A DNA stretch of 64,000 nt from an uncultured Actinomycetota bacterium. Lineage in GTDB: Bacteria > Actinomycetota > Actinomycetes > CAVWCF01. A model generated the notes under the pieces. The model was not told the origin of the DNA. It did no database searches and was given only the letters and a program-made list of their open reading frames with translations. A program made the position numbers and the translations under genes. The DNA is taken from NCBI GenBank assembly GCA_963753435.1, contig CAVWCF010000001.1:32001-96000 (forward strand), written 5' to 3'. Positions 37,159 to 46,619 of this stretch are shown in pieces (the first letter of the stretch is position 1; each line of letters opens with the position of its first letter).

Positions 37159-38541
37159 GTGACCCACGCACGCGAGCTGGCGGATTGGGCCCTTGGCCTG
37201 ACGCTGGAGCGCGTGCCGGCGACGGCGCGGCGTGCTGCGCTCAGGCACCTCCTGGACGGTGTGGGCAACGCCATCGGATCGGCCCGCAGTGGTGCGGTTG
37301 ATCCCGCGGTGGCGGTCGCAGCCGGGTTGGGCGGGCCGGCCGAGGCCACCATCCTCGGTGTCGGCCCAGCGGTGTCGGCGCCGGCGGCAGCGCTGGCCAA
37401 CGGCGCCTTGGTGCACGGGCTGGACTTTGACGACACCCACGCAGGTGGCCTGGTGCACGCAACCGCAGTCGTCCTGCCGGCCGCGTTCGCGGTTGGCGAG
37501 CAGGTCGGCGCGAGTGGGGAGCAGGTTCTCACCGCGGCGATCGCCGGCTACGAGGCCGTCTGCCGGATCGCCATGGCCAGTCCACACGGCTTCCATGCCC
37601 GCGGGCTGCACGCGACTCATGTGGCCGGGACGCTGGCCGCAGCATTGGTCAGCGCGCGGTTGCTGCAACTCGACACCGAGCGGGCCGTGCACGCCCTTGG
37701 CATTGCCGGCTCCGCCAGCGGTGGCCTGCTGGAGTTCCTCAACACCGGGGCCTCGACCAAGCAACTGCACCCGGGCACAGCGTCGTTGAACGGGGTCCTG
37801 GCCGCTCGCCTGGCCGCGGCCGGGGCCACCGGTCCGGACTCCGTTCTGGAGGGTCAGTACGGCGTCTACGCGGCGTTGTCGGCCCGACCCGCGGACGTCG
37901 AGTCGGTCACTCAGGGCCTGGGACAGCGCTGGGAGGTGGAGCAGATAACGGTCAAGCCGTACCCGGCCTGCCAGTTGATGCACGTCACCCTGGATGCGGT
38001 CAGCGAGGCCATCGCGGACGCGGGGATCAGCGCCAGCGACGTGGCCGCCGTCACCGCCGACGTGCACCCGGACAGCGCATCGATCGTCTGCGAACCGGCT
38101 GACGTCAAGTTGCGGCCGCGGTCGCCCTACGACGCCAAGTTCTCCCTGCCATGGTCGGTGGCCGCGCTGCTGATCGACGGCCGCGTGGGCGTGGAGACCT
38201 ACGAGCCGGCATCCATCGCCAGATCGGACGTCGCCGAATTGGCGCAACGGGTGCACAGCCAGGTCACGGCCACCGAAGGTGTCGCCGCCGACGCCGCCGG
38301 GAACGTCGTCATCGAGTTGACCGACGGACGCAGACTTACCGGCGCCGTGCCGCGGAGCGCCGGCGGTCCGCAAACGCCGCTGTCCGACGAGGCGCTGGCT
38401 GCCAAGTTCCTCGCCAACTGCGGGGGCGGCGAGGCCGCTGTCGCGCTGCTGGAGTCGGTGCGATCGCTGGCTGACGCCAAGGACCTGAGTTCCGTGCTGA
38501 CCGCGGCCACGGCGGCCGCCAACCTTGAAGGAGCCATCTGA
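37159..38541 (+). CDS. MmgE/PrpD family protein
   Basis: NG.LVHGLDFDDTH, G.H.T, K.LH.G, KPYPAC and AKFS.PW. Confidence 0.92.
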   Translation: MTHARELADWALGLTLERVPATARRAALRHLLDGVGNAIGSARSGAVDPAVAVAAGLGGPAEATILGVGPAVSAPAAALANGALVHGLDFDDTHAGGLVHATAVVLPAAFAVGEQVGASGEQVLTAAIAGYEAVCRIAMASPHGFHARGLHATHVAGTLAAALVSARLLQLDTERAVHALGIAGSASGGLLEFLNTGASTKQLHPGTASLNGVLAARLAAAGATGPDSVLEGQYGVYAALSARPADVESVTQGLGQRWEVEQITVKPYPACQLMHVTLDAVSEAIADAGISASDVAAVTADVHPDSASIVCEPADVKLRPRSPYDAKFSLPWSVAALLIDGRVGVETYEPASIARSDVAELAQRVHSQVTATEGVAADAAGNVVIELTDGRRLTGAVPRSAGGPQTPLSDEALAAKFLANCGGGEAAVALLESVRSLADAKDLSSVLTAATAAANLEGAI

Positions 38542-39740
38542 TGAGCCCGACCGCGACGGCGATCGAGCCGGCCGAGTTCCCTTGGTACGACTACTCCGGC
38601 TACACGTTCTCGCTGGGGCTGCAGGTCGGAAAGGACGCCATCAACTCCGGGCACTCCGCAAGCGCCTTCGACCCGGCCAAAGGCAAGCCGGCTATTGCCG
38701 GCGGCATGGGTGAGCAGGCCCAGGTGGCCTACGCCAAGCAGGAGGCGATCCTTGCCGCCGCGGGACTCGGATTAGCCGATGTGACCCGGGTGGTGGAGAA
38801 CATCTCGATCGCCGGATTGCCGTACTACGCCGAAGCCAAGGAGGTGCGGGAGCGCTTGTTCCCGCATTCGCCAACGGTATGCACGGTCGTGGTGGATCGA
38901 CTGGTCCGTCGGCAGGCGCTGATCGAGGTTGAAGTGCACGCATCGCCCGGCGGCGGTGTGGCGTTGGTGCTGGGCTCCGACGGAACGTGGCGTCGGGAGA
39001 CCGTGCGGTCCGGCCACGACGGGGCCGTGTATCTGCCCACATTGCTGCCGATCGACGCCAACGGTGATGTGGTCGCCGAGGGCGATGTCGTAGGCCAGTA
39101 CTTCTACGTCGTTGAGCGAGCCGGCGAACTGCTGCAACAGGCCGGGTTGGATCTGTCGAACCTGGTCTCGACGGTCGACTACTCCACGCCGGCCACGCGG
39201 GACCGGTATCCGAAGACAGGGCGTGCGCGCAAGGACCTGATGGGTCCGGTGTACCCAGGTGCCGCGGGGATCCTGATGAGCCAGTTGCACGCCCCCGGGG
39301 TGCTGCTGGCCTTGGACGCGGTCGCCAGCGTGCATCAGCCGCAGAAGGTCAACCCCGGCTGGGACCGATACGACACGCTCACCTACAACCCGGGCATCCG
39401 TGCGGGCAACACCCTGTACATGTCCGGATTCGCGGCACTGGACATGGAATCGCAGGCAGCTGTGCATGCGGGTGACCTGCGCGCGCAGGCAGAGGTCACC
39501 TACGACGCGATGCTGCAAGTGATGGCTGAGGTAGGTGCCGGGCCCGAGCACCTGCTGACCACGGTCGAGTACGTCACGCCGGACGGACTGGGCGACTACC
39601 GCGCGGTGGCTGACGTCCGGCGGGAGAAGTTGCGCAGCCCGTACCCGGCTTCGACCGGGATCGTTTGCGGTGGTCTGCTGCGCGATGAGTTCCTGCTCGA
39701 AGTGGTGCCCACCGCGTTGATCCCGGAGGCCGGGGAGTGA
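38541..39740 (+). CDS. Rid (YjgF/UK114) protein with three tandem domains
   Basis: Three ~125-aa repeats (SG...Q......IL..AG.....V...R...P...L..LIEVE-like). Confidence 0.8.
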   Translation: MSPTATAIEPAEFPWYDYSGYTFSLGLQVGKDAINSGHSASAFDPAKGKPAIAGGMGEQAQVAYAKQEAILAAAGLGLADVTRVVENISIAGLPYYAEAKEVRERLFPHSPTVCTVVVDRLVRRQALIEVEVHASPGGGVALVLGSDGTWRRETVRSGHDGAVYLPTLLPIDANGDVVAEGDVVGQYFYVVERAGELLQQAGLDLSNLVSTVDYSTPATRDRYPKTGRARKDLMGPVYPGAAGILMSQLHAPGVLLALDAVASVHQPQKVNPGWDRYDTLTYNPGIRAGNTLYMSGFAALDMESQAAVHAGDLRAQAEVTYDAMLQVMAEVGAGPEHLLTTVEYVTPDGLGDYRAVADVRREKLRSPYPASTGIVCGGLLRDEFLLEVVPTALIPEAGE

Positions 39741-40237
39741 GCCTGCTCACGGACGAACTACGGGCGCGGGTCGGAGAGACCGTGGAGTACACCGCCCCCG
39801 AACCGATGGGTCGGGCCGCCTTCCGCTACTTCGCAACCGCGGTGGGCGATGACAACCCGCTGTACACCGATCCCGACTTCGCGCGGGCGCACGGCTACGC
39901 GGATGTCATCGCGCCGCCGACGTTGATCTGCGAGACCAACCAGTACATGCAGGGGCACCGCGACGCAGACGGCTATCTGGGGCACTCCTGGGATCTTGAG
40001 GTGCCCAACTCCCGTCTGGTCCGGGGCGGCAATCACTACAAGTTCCATCGTCCGGTGGGCCCAGATGATGTTGTGACCGCTCGCTGGCGCATCGCCGACA
40101 TGACCGAACGCACCACTTCGTCGGGGACCCAGATGCTGATCGTCACCTCGGAGGCCGAGTACCTCAGTGCCGGGCAGCCCCTGGTGACCAACACCGAAAC
40201 GCTCATCTACACCGCGTTGCCGAAGGAAGCGTCGTGA
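39737..40237 (+). CDS. Hot-dog (MaoC N-terminal/FAS1-like) dehydratase subunit
   Basis: FATAVGDDNPLY.D, IAPPT and FHRPV..DD. Confidence 0.85.
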   Translation: MSLLTDELRARVGETVEYTAPEPMGRAAFRYFATAVGDDNPLYTDPDFARAHGYADVIAPPTLICETNQYMQGHRDADGYLGHSWDLEVPNSRLVRGGNHYKFHRPVGPDDVVTARWRIADMTERTTSSGTQMLIVTSEAEYLSAGQPLVTNTETLIYTALPKEAS

Positions 40238-40647
40238 ACCCGGCAGTGGGGGAGTCGGCTGCACCGTTGCAGCGGCGGATCGAGTTGCCCGACATGATCG
40301 CGTACGCGGGAGCCACGTGGGATTGGCACCGGCTGCACTACGACCCGGAGTACCTGGCGAGCAAGCGAGTTCCGGCTCCCGTTGTGGACGGGCAGGTGTT
40401 CGGGGCACTGCTGGCGGAGCAGATCCAGGACTGGCTGGGCCCGACGGCGCGGTTGCAGGACCTGCACTTCCGTTTCAAGAACCTGGTCTTCGCCGGTGAG
40501 GTCGTTGCCTGCGAGAGCACCGTCACGACTGTTACCGCAACTGCTGACGGCACCCTGGTCACCTTCGAGTCGGTGGTGCGCGTCGTCGGCGACAAGGAAC
40601 GGGTTGCGGTCGCGCCGGCCGGCGGGTCGGTGTTGCTGCCGTCATGA
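40234..40647 (+). CDS. MaoC-like dehydratase subunit
   Basis: YAGATWDWHRLHYD, V.G...G and FRFK.LVFAG. Confidence 0.85.
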   Translation: MNPAVGESAAPLQRRIELPDMIAYAGATWDWHRLHYDPEYLASKRVPAPVVDGQVFGALLAEQIQDWLGPTARLQDLHFRFKNLVFAGEVVACESTVTTVTATADGTLVTFESVVRVVGDKERVAVAPAGGSVLLPS

Positions 40648-41786
40648 CCGTTGCGATCGTCGGTGCGGCCGAGTGTGACCTGGGAGTCACGGGCAAGTCT
40701 GTGCTGCAGTTGCAGGTGCAGGCGGTCACGCGAGCATTGGCAGACGCCGGTCTACAACTGAGCGATGTCGACGGCCTGGCCACGAACAACATTGGTCGTT
40801 TCTCGACCACCGAGTTGGCTCAGGAACTTGGGATTCGTCCAGTTTGGGCGGAGTCGACGTTCGTCGGTGGATCGGCATTCGAGTCGTACGTCGCGCGGGC
40901 GGTTCAGGCGATCGAAGCCGGGCAGGCCGAGGTGGTGGTCATCTCGTTCGCCTCCAACCAGCGTTCGGCCAGGTCGCGATCCCTGGGGGGAGTCGTCGAA
41001 GAGCATCTGCCTGCGGCGCAGTTCGAGACCCCCTACGGACCGCTGTACCCGTTGTCCTATTACGCGATGGCGGCGCAGTCATACCTGCACCGGTACGGCG
41101 CCTCGTCGACCGACCTGGCTCGCGTTGCCGTCTCGGCGCGGGAGTGGGCGCTGCTGAACCCGAAGGCGTACCGATTCGGGGCCGGGCCGTTAACGGTCGA
41201 CGAGGTGCTGCAATCGACCATGATCTCCAGCCCGCTTACGGCCGCCGATTGCTGCCTGGTCACCGACGGCGGTGGTGCGGTGGTGTTGACGTCCGCTGCC
41301 CGGGCCCGCGATCTGCGCAGTCGGCCCGTGAACGTCCTGGGGTACGGCGAGGCCACTGGGGTGGCCGGCATGGCCGCGGCTGACGACATCCTGGACACCG
41401 GTGCAGCCGTCTCGGCGGCGCGCGCCTTCGCGGCCGCCGGGCTGACCCCTGCGGACGTGGACGTCGCCGAGATCTACGACTCGTTCACCATCACGGTGCT
41501 GCTCTCCTTGGAGGCGATCGGGTTCTTCGGGCCGGGGGAGGCCGCAGCCGCCGCGCGCGACGGGGTGCTCGACCCGGGTGGGCGCCTTGCGGTCAACACC
41601 TCTGGGGGCGGGCTGTCCTACTGCCACCCGGGGCAGTTCGGTGTGCTGCTGTTGGTCGAGGCGGTGCGGCAATTGCGCGGAGAGGCGGACCAGCGCCAGG
41701 TTGCCGGTGCCGAGGTGGCCCTGGCGCATGGCACCGGAGGGATCTTGTCGCATCACTCCACCGTCTTGCTGGGGGTGGATCGATGA
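40644..41786 (+). CDS. Thiolase-superfamily (SCP2/Ltp2-like) protein
   Basis: DCC..TDGGGAVV, AEIYDSFT, NTSGGGLSYCHPG and EAVRQLRG. Confidence 0.88.
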   Translation: MTVAIVGAAECDLGVTGKSVLQLQVQAVTRALADAGLQLSDVDGLATNNIGRFSTTELAQELGIRPVWAESTFVGGSAFESYVARAVQAIEAGQAEVVVISFASNQRSARSRSLGGVVEEHLPAAQFETPYGPLYPLSYYAMAAQSYLHRYGASSTDLARVAVSAREWALLNPKAYRFGAGPLTVDEVLQSTMISSPLTAADCCLVTDGGGAVVLTSAARARDLRSRPVNVLGYGEATGVAGMAAADDILDTGAAVSAARAFAAAGLTPADVDVAEIYDSFTITVLLSLEAIGFFGPGEAAAAARDGVLDPGGRLAVNTSGGGLSYCHPGQFGVLLLVEAVRQLRGEADQRQVAGAEVALAHGTGGILSHHSTVLLGVDR

Positions 41787-42169
41787 GCCAATTACCGCCT
41801 GAGGACGAACTCACGGCTGAGTGGTGGGCGGGCACGCGCAACCGCCGACTGCTGCTGCAGACCTGCCTGGACTGTCTTCACCGTCAGCACCACCCGCGCA
41901 ACCTCTGCCTGTCCTGTCAGGGAACCAACCTGGGCTACACCGAGGCGACCGGGGACGGCGTGGTTGACACCTTCACGCTGGTGCACCGTTCCCCGCGACC
42001 GGACCTGGAAGTGCCCTACGTGATCGCCCGCGTGCGCCTCGCTGAGGGTCCGGTAATGCTGAGCACTCTCCTAGGTGACGATGAATGGCAGATCGGGGAT
42101 GCGGTGCGCGTGGACTTCCAGCCGCTGTCGGACGGGCGCGCGCTCCCGGTGTTTCGGAGGATGCAATGA
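41783..42169 (+). CDS. DUF35 Zn-ribbon/OB-fold protein (ChsH2-like)
   Basis: CLDC...HPR..CLSC and PYV...V.L.EGP. Confidence 0.9.
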   Translation: MSQLPPEDELTAEWWAGTRNRRLLLQTCLDCLHRQHHPRNLCLSCQGTNLGYTEATGDGVVDTFTLVHRSPRPDLEVPYVIARVRLAEGPVMLSTLLGDDEWQIGDAVRVDFQPLSDGRALPVFRRMQ

Positions 42170-43101
42170 AGGCGATCGTGCTGCGTGACGGACGACCGGA
42201 GTCGGTGGACCTGGACCGGATGCCCGGCGCCGGACAATCCTCGCCAGCGGCGCTGCCTATGCGGCTGATCGCGGCTGAGGTGATGCCGAAGGATCGTCAG
42301 GCAGCCCAGGGGTTGGTTGGGATGAAACTGCCCGAGGACCTGGTGTTGGGGTCCTCAGCGGTCGCCGCCGGCGCCAACGAGACCTACTTCGTGCGCGGAG
42401 CCATAGACGCCGCCGGCGGACTTCGCGACGGGGTGTTCGCGGAGGAGTTCCTGGCCGAACCGGAGTGGCTGTTGCCATTGCCGGGTTCGGTCGATCCGCT
42501 TCAGGTCGCGGCCGGGACCGCGGTGTTGATGGACGCCATCTACGCGCTGGACGACCTCGCCGGACTGCAACCGGCCGAGACGGTCCTGGTCCTGGGCGCC
42601 TCCGCCGGTGTCGGTGCCGCGGCCGTCGCGGTGGCGCGGCATCGGGGCAACCCCGTCGTGGCCGTCACGCGCGACCCGGACCAGTTCGTGGCCTTGGACG
42701 GGGTCAAAGTGGTGGCCGCGGACACGCTGCCGAGTTCGGTGCGGGACCTGACCGGAGGAACCGGTGCCCAGGTGATCGTGGACACGATCGGTGGCGAGCA
42801 GACCCGGGCCGCGCTACTGGCTGGCGCGTTGCGGGCCAGGCACGTTGTGCTGGGCTACCTGGCCGGGCGGGAGCCAGCTGGCCTGACCGTGACGGACCTC
42901 ATGATCCGCGAGCACCAGCTCCTGGGCATGAACGCACATCTGGTGCCGCCGGAGCGGCAACGCAGCCTGGCTGCTGAGGCGATGGAGCTGCTGGCCCAGG
43001 GGTCCTACGCGCCCGCCTACCGCACGGTGGCTCTCGCCGATGGGGTGGCCGAACTGCTCAGCAGCGACCCGGGTCACTCGCGGGCGTTGATAGTTCCGTG
43101 A
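42166..43101 (+). CDS. MDR-superfamily quinone-reductase-like oxidoreductase
   Basis: LQPAETVLVLGASAGVG Rossmann motif and VIVDTIGG; no Zn ligands evident. Confidence 0.75.
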   Translation: MKAIVLRDGRPESVDLDRMPGAGQSSPAALPMRLIAAEVMPKDRQAAQGLVGMKLPEDLVLGSSAVAAGANETYFVRGAIDAAGGLRDGVFAEEFLAEPEWLLPLPGSVDPLQVAAGTAVLMDAIYALDDLAGLQPAETVLVLGASAGVGAAAVAVARHRGNPVVAVTRDPDQFVALDGVKVVAADTLPSSVRDLTGGTGAQVIVDTIGGEQTRAALLAGALRARHVVLGYLAGREPAGLTVTDLMIREHQLLGMNAHLVPPERQRSLAAEAMELLAQGSYAPAYRTVALADGVAELLSSDPGHSRALIVP

Positions 43102-44531
43102 CCGGGACCACCGCGACGCCGGAGCCGGCGGACCTGCTCGTGATCGGTGCGGGCCCAGCCGGCATGGCATGTGCCATCGCTGCGGCGGAGCGCGGTGCCA
43201 GCGTCCACCTGATCGAGCAGGATGACCGCGTCGGCGGAGCACTGCACTACTCCGGTGGGCACTTGTCGGCTGCCGGAACGGCCCGCCAGGCCGACCGGGG
43301 CATCGAGGACGACACAGCGCGGCACTACGCGGACATCTGCCGAATCACGCGCAACACCCACCGGGAGACATTGACCAGGGTCGCCGTGGAACTGGCGCCG
43401 GCCACTTTGGCCTGGTTGGACGAGCACGGGTTCGAGTACGACGAGGCCACTCCGCGGCTGGTCTACGGCCACGAGACCTACTCCGTGCCACGCACCGTCC
43501 ACGGAACGAACATGGCCATCTCGGTGCTGTCGGTGCTCACGCCGTTGCTGCAGGAGCAGGTTGCGGCAGGGCGGGTGCAGTTGACGCTGAGTACTCGCGT
43601 CGAGTCGTTGGTGGCCGACGGCGGCCGCGTGCTCGGGGTCACCGCCGAGGGTGGCGCCGAGTACCACGGGCACAACACCGTGCTGGCTACCGGCGGCTTC
43701 GGGCACAGCCCGGAGTTGTTCGCCGAGTTGGAGGGCGTTCCCCTGGTGACCTCCGCCGCTCCCGGTTCCCGGGGTGACGGCCTGCGGATGGCCCGCGACC
43801 TTGGCGCGGCCGTGCAGGGGCGCGGCGCCTACATACCGACGTTCGGCGGGCTGCCGCCGGAACCGGGCGAACTGCGAGTGGACTGGGTGCATCGGCCGCA
43901 CCTGCTCGCCCCGGAGCGGGCGCCTTGGGAGATCTACGTCGATGTAACCGGTCGCCGCTGGATCAACGAGGACGAGCCGAGCATCGACCGCAAGGAACGG
44001 GAACTGATGAAGATCCCGGACATGACTTTCTGGATGATCTTTGACGCCAATGCGCTGCGGTCGTCCACACCGATGATCAACAACTGCACCCCGGACGAGG
44101 TCGACGCCCTCGCCGGAGTCCGTCGCGGGGTCAGCCGCGCGGACTCCGTTGCCGACCTGGCTACCGTCGCCGGAATCGACCCGGGCGGGCTCCAGGCGGA
44201 GGTTGCCAAGTACAACGCCTTCGTGGCGGCAGGTGCGGACACCGAGTTCGGCCGCGCCGCCTTGCCTGCCCCTATCGCCGAACCGCCCTTCTACGCCATC
44301 GAGAACCACCCCGTGACTCTGATCACCTTCTCCGGCGTGGACACCGACGACGATTTGCGGGTGCGGACCGATGCGGGGACCGTTATCGATGGCTTGTATG
44401 CCGTCGGCGAAGTGCTCGGCGCGGCAGTGTTCAATGGCAACTCGTTCTGCTCGGGGATGGTCTTGACCCCGGCGCTGGCTTTGGGACGACAACTCGGCGA
44501 ACGGCTCGCCGGGGCGGACAAGGAGGACTGA
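43098..44531 (+). CDS. FAD-dependent oxidoreductase (FAD_binding_2; flavocytochrome c/TcuA/KstD-like)
   Basis: VIGAGPAG, VLATGGF, GDGL.MA, G.RW.NE, T..GV.TD and GLYAVGE. Confidence 0.85.
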   Translation: MTGTTATPEPADLLVIGAGPAGMACAIAAAERGASVHLIEQDDRVGGALHYSGGHLSAAGTARQADRGIEDDTARHYADICRITRNTHRETLTRVAVELAPATLAWLDEHGFEYDEATPRLVYGHETYSVPRTVHGTNMAISVLSVLTPLLQEQVAAGRVQLTLSTRVESLVADGGRVLGVTAEGGAEYHGHNTVLATGGFGHSPELFAELEGVPLVTSAAPGSRGDGLRMARDLGAAVQGRGAYIPTFGGLPPEPGELRVDWVHRPHLLAPERAPWEIYVDVTGRRWINEDEPSIDRKERELMKIPDMTFWMIFDANALRSSTPMINNCTPDEVDALAGVRRGVSRADSVADLATVAGIDPGGLQAEVAKYNAFVAAGADTEFGRAALPAPIAEPPFYAIENHPVTLITFSGVDTDDDLRVRTDAGTVIDGLYAVGEVLGAAVFNGNSFCSGMVLTPALALGRQLGERLAGADKED

Positions 44532-44533
44532 GG

Positions 44534-45700
44534 ATGGACTTCACCCTGTCGGATGAGCAGCGGCTCTTCCGCGACACCATCCGGGAGTTCGTGGACAAGG
44601 AGATCCGTCCGGTCGCGTCGGAGTGGGAGCGGTCCGGTCGCTACCCGACCGAGATCGTGGACACGATGAAGGAACTCGGCCTGTTCGGTATGACCGTGCC
44701 GGAGGAGTACGGCGGCCTTGACGTCGACATGGTCTCCTTCGCCATCGTCTTCGAGGAGATCGCCAAGGGCTGGATGGGTGTGGCCGGCATTCTCGGTTCG
44801 CACTCGCTGTCCTGCTGGATGATCGCCAAGCACGGCACCGACGAGCAGAAGGCCAAGTACCTTCCCGAGCTGGCCACCGGCGAGCGTCGAACCGGCATCG
44901 GCCTGACGGAGCCGGACGCCGGCACCGACCTGCAGGGGATCAAGACGACTGCCCGGCGCGAAGGCGATGTCTACATCGTCAACGGCACCAAGACCTGGAT
45001 CACCAACGCCCGCTACGCCAACCCGCTGCCGGTGCTGGTCAAGACCGACGTAAACGCGTCACCGGCACACAAGGGCATGAGCGTGCTGCTGGTGGACACG
45101 TCGCTGCCCGGGTTCTCCGTCAGCAAGGACCTCCCGAAGCTCGGCTACAAGGGGACCGAGTCGTGCGAGGTCGTGCTGGATAACGTCGAGGTACCGGCCG
45201 CGGAGTTGCTCGGCGGCGTCGAAGGCCGCGGCATGCAGCAGGTTCTTGCGGGTCTGGAGACCGGCCGCATCAACGTCGCCGCGCGGGCGCTGGGCATCGC
45301 GCAGGCGTCCTACGACGCGGCCCTGGAGTACTCCCGCCAGCGCCACGCCTTCGGCCAACCGATCAGCGATTTCCAGGCGATCCAGATGAAGCTGGCCGAC
45401 ATGGCGACGAACATTCAGGCGGCCCGGCTCTTGGTGTACTGGTCGGCCGCCAGCGCCGATGCCGGCGAGCGTGTCGACATGCAGGCCGGGATGGCGAAAC
45501 TGTTCGCGTCGGAGACGGCGGTCAAGGCGGCCATGGATGCCATGCGCATCCACGGTGGTTACGGCTACAGCCAGGAGTTCGTGGTCGAGCGCCTGTACCG
45601 CGACGCCCCGCTGATGACCATCGGTGAGGGCACTTCCGATGTCATGCAGATGGTGATCGCGAGGTCGTTGATCTCCGGCAAGGAGCGCATCGGTGACTGA
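44534..45700 (+). CDS. Acyl-CoA dehydrogenase
   Basis: LTEPDAGTD, NGTKTWITN, R..FGQPI..FQ, HGGYGY and IGEGTS. Confidence 0.95.
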   Translation: MDFTLSDEQRLFRDTIREFVDKEIRPVASEWERSGRYPTEIVDTMKELGLFGMTVPEEYGGLDVDMVSFAIVFEEIAKGWMGVAGILGSHSLSCWMIAKHGTDEQKAKYLPELATGERRTGIGLTEPDAGTDLQGIKTTARREGDVYIVNGTKTWITNARYANPLPVLVKTDVNASPAHKGMSVLLVDTSLPGFSVSKDLPKLGYKGTESCEVVLDNVEVPAAELLGGVEGRGMQQVLAGLETGRINVAARALGIAQASYDAALEYSRQRHAFGQPISDFQAIQMKLADMATNIQAARLLVYWSAASADAGERVDMQAGMAKLFASETAVKAAMDAMRIHGGYGYSQEFVVERLYRDAPLMTIGEGTSDVMQMVIARSLISGKERIGD

Positions 45701-46565
45701 CCGCCCCACCCCGCGTTCGCACCTGTACGTGCCCGGCGACAAGCCGGAGGTGCTGGCAAAGGCATTGGGGCGGGGCGCAGACGCGCTCATCGTCGATCTC
45801 GAGGACGCTGTCGCCGTGTCTGCCAAGGATGAGGCACGCCGAATCGTGGCCGCCTGGCTGGCGACGTTGCCCGCTGCCGCGGACAACCCGGTGGAGATCT
45901 GGGTCCGCGTCAATCCAGGCCAACTTCGGACCGTCGACGTGGCCGCGGTCGTCGGGCCCGCGCTGAGTGGCATCTGCTTGGCCAAGACCGAGTCGGCTGC
46001 TGAAGTGGCCGAGGTGGCCGGGGAGTTGTCGCTGCTGGAATCCGAACGAGGAGTAGCGGACGGAGCCATCGGGCTGGCGCCGTTGCTGGAGTCGGCGGCT
46101 GCGGTGCTGCGGGCGGCGGAGATCGCCGCCGCACCACGCGTGGCCCGCCTTCAGGTCGGTGAGGCCGATCTACGCGCGGACATCGGGGTGGAGCTGGGTG
46201 CGGACGAACGTGAGTTGCTGTTCGTGCGATCGCAGGTAGTGCTGGCCTCGGCGGCGGCCGGGATCGCCGCGCCGGTAGGACCGGTCACGACGAACTTCCG
46301 CGACCTGGACGCCCTGGCGGAGTCGACGCGCGCCCTGGCGCGACTTGGCTACCGCGGGCGGGCGTGCATCCACCCGGCGCAGGCGGCGGTCGTCAACGAC
46401 GTGTTCAGCCCGGATGCCGAGCAGGTGGCTTCAGCCCGTCGGCTCATCGAATCATTCGATGCGGCGGTGTCCGCCGGGGCAGGTGTCATGGTCGACGAGA
46501 ACGGCCGCATGGTCGATGAGGCGGTCATCCGCCAGGCGCGTCAACTGCTGCAACTCGTCCGCTGA
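45693..46565 (+). CDS. CitE/HpcH-family acyl-CoA lyase (citryl/citramalyl-CoA lyase-like)
   Basis: RS.LYVPG, DLEDAV..K, VRVN, G..CIHP.Q and G.MVD. Confidence 0.9.
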   Translation: MTDRPTPRSHLYVPGDKPEVLAKALGRGADALIVDLEDAVAVSAKDEARRIVAAWLATLPAAADNPVEIWVRVNPGQLRTVDVAAVVGPALSGICLAKTESAAEVAEVAGELSLLESERGVADGAIGLAPLLESAAAVLRAAEIAAAPRVARLQVGEADLRADIGVELGADERELLFVRSQVVLASAAAGIAAPVGPVTTNFRDLDALAESTRALARLGYRGRACIHPAQAAVVNDVFSPDAEQVASARRLIESFDAAVSAGAGVMVDENGRMVDEAVIRQARQLLQLVR

Positions 46566-46619
46566 CCGCCGCGACTCTCGATCTGGTGCGGATACGGGCC
46601 AGCGACCCGTGAGCACGGC

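Noticed and set aside
36301-38373. 690-aa antisense ORF, and similar long ones (34127-35665, 43074-44492, 52201-53898)
   Set aside because: They shadow well-supported genes on the opposite strand, show no family motifs and are expected in high-GC coding DNA.
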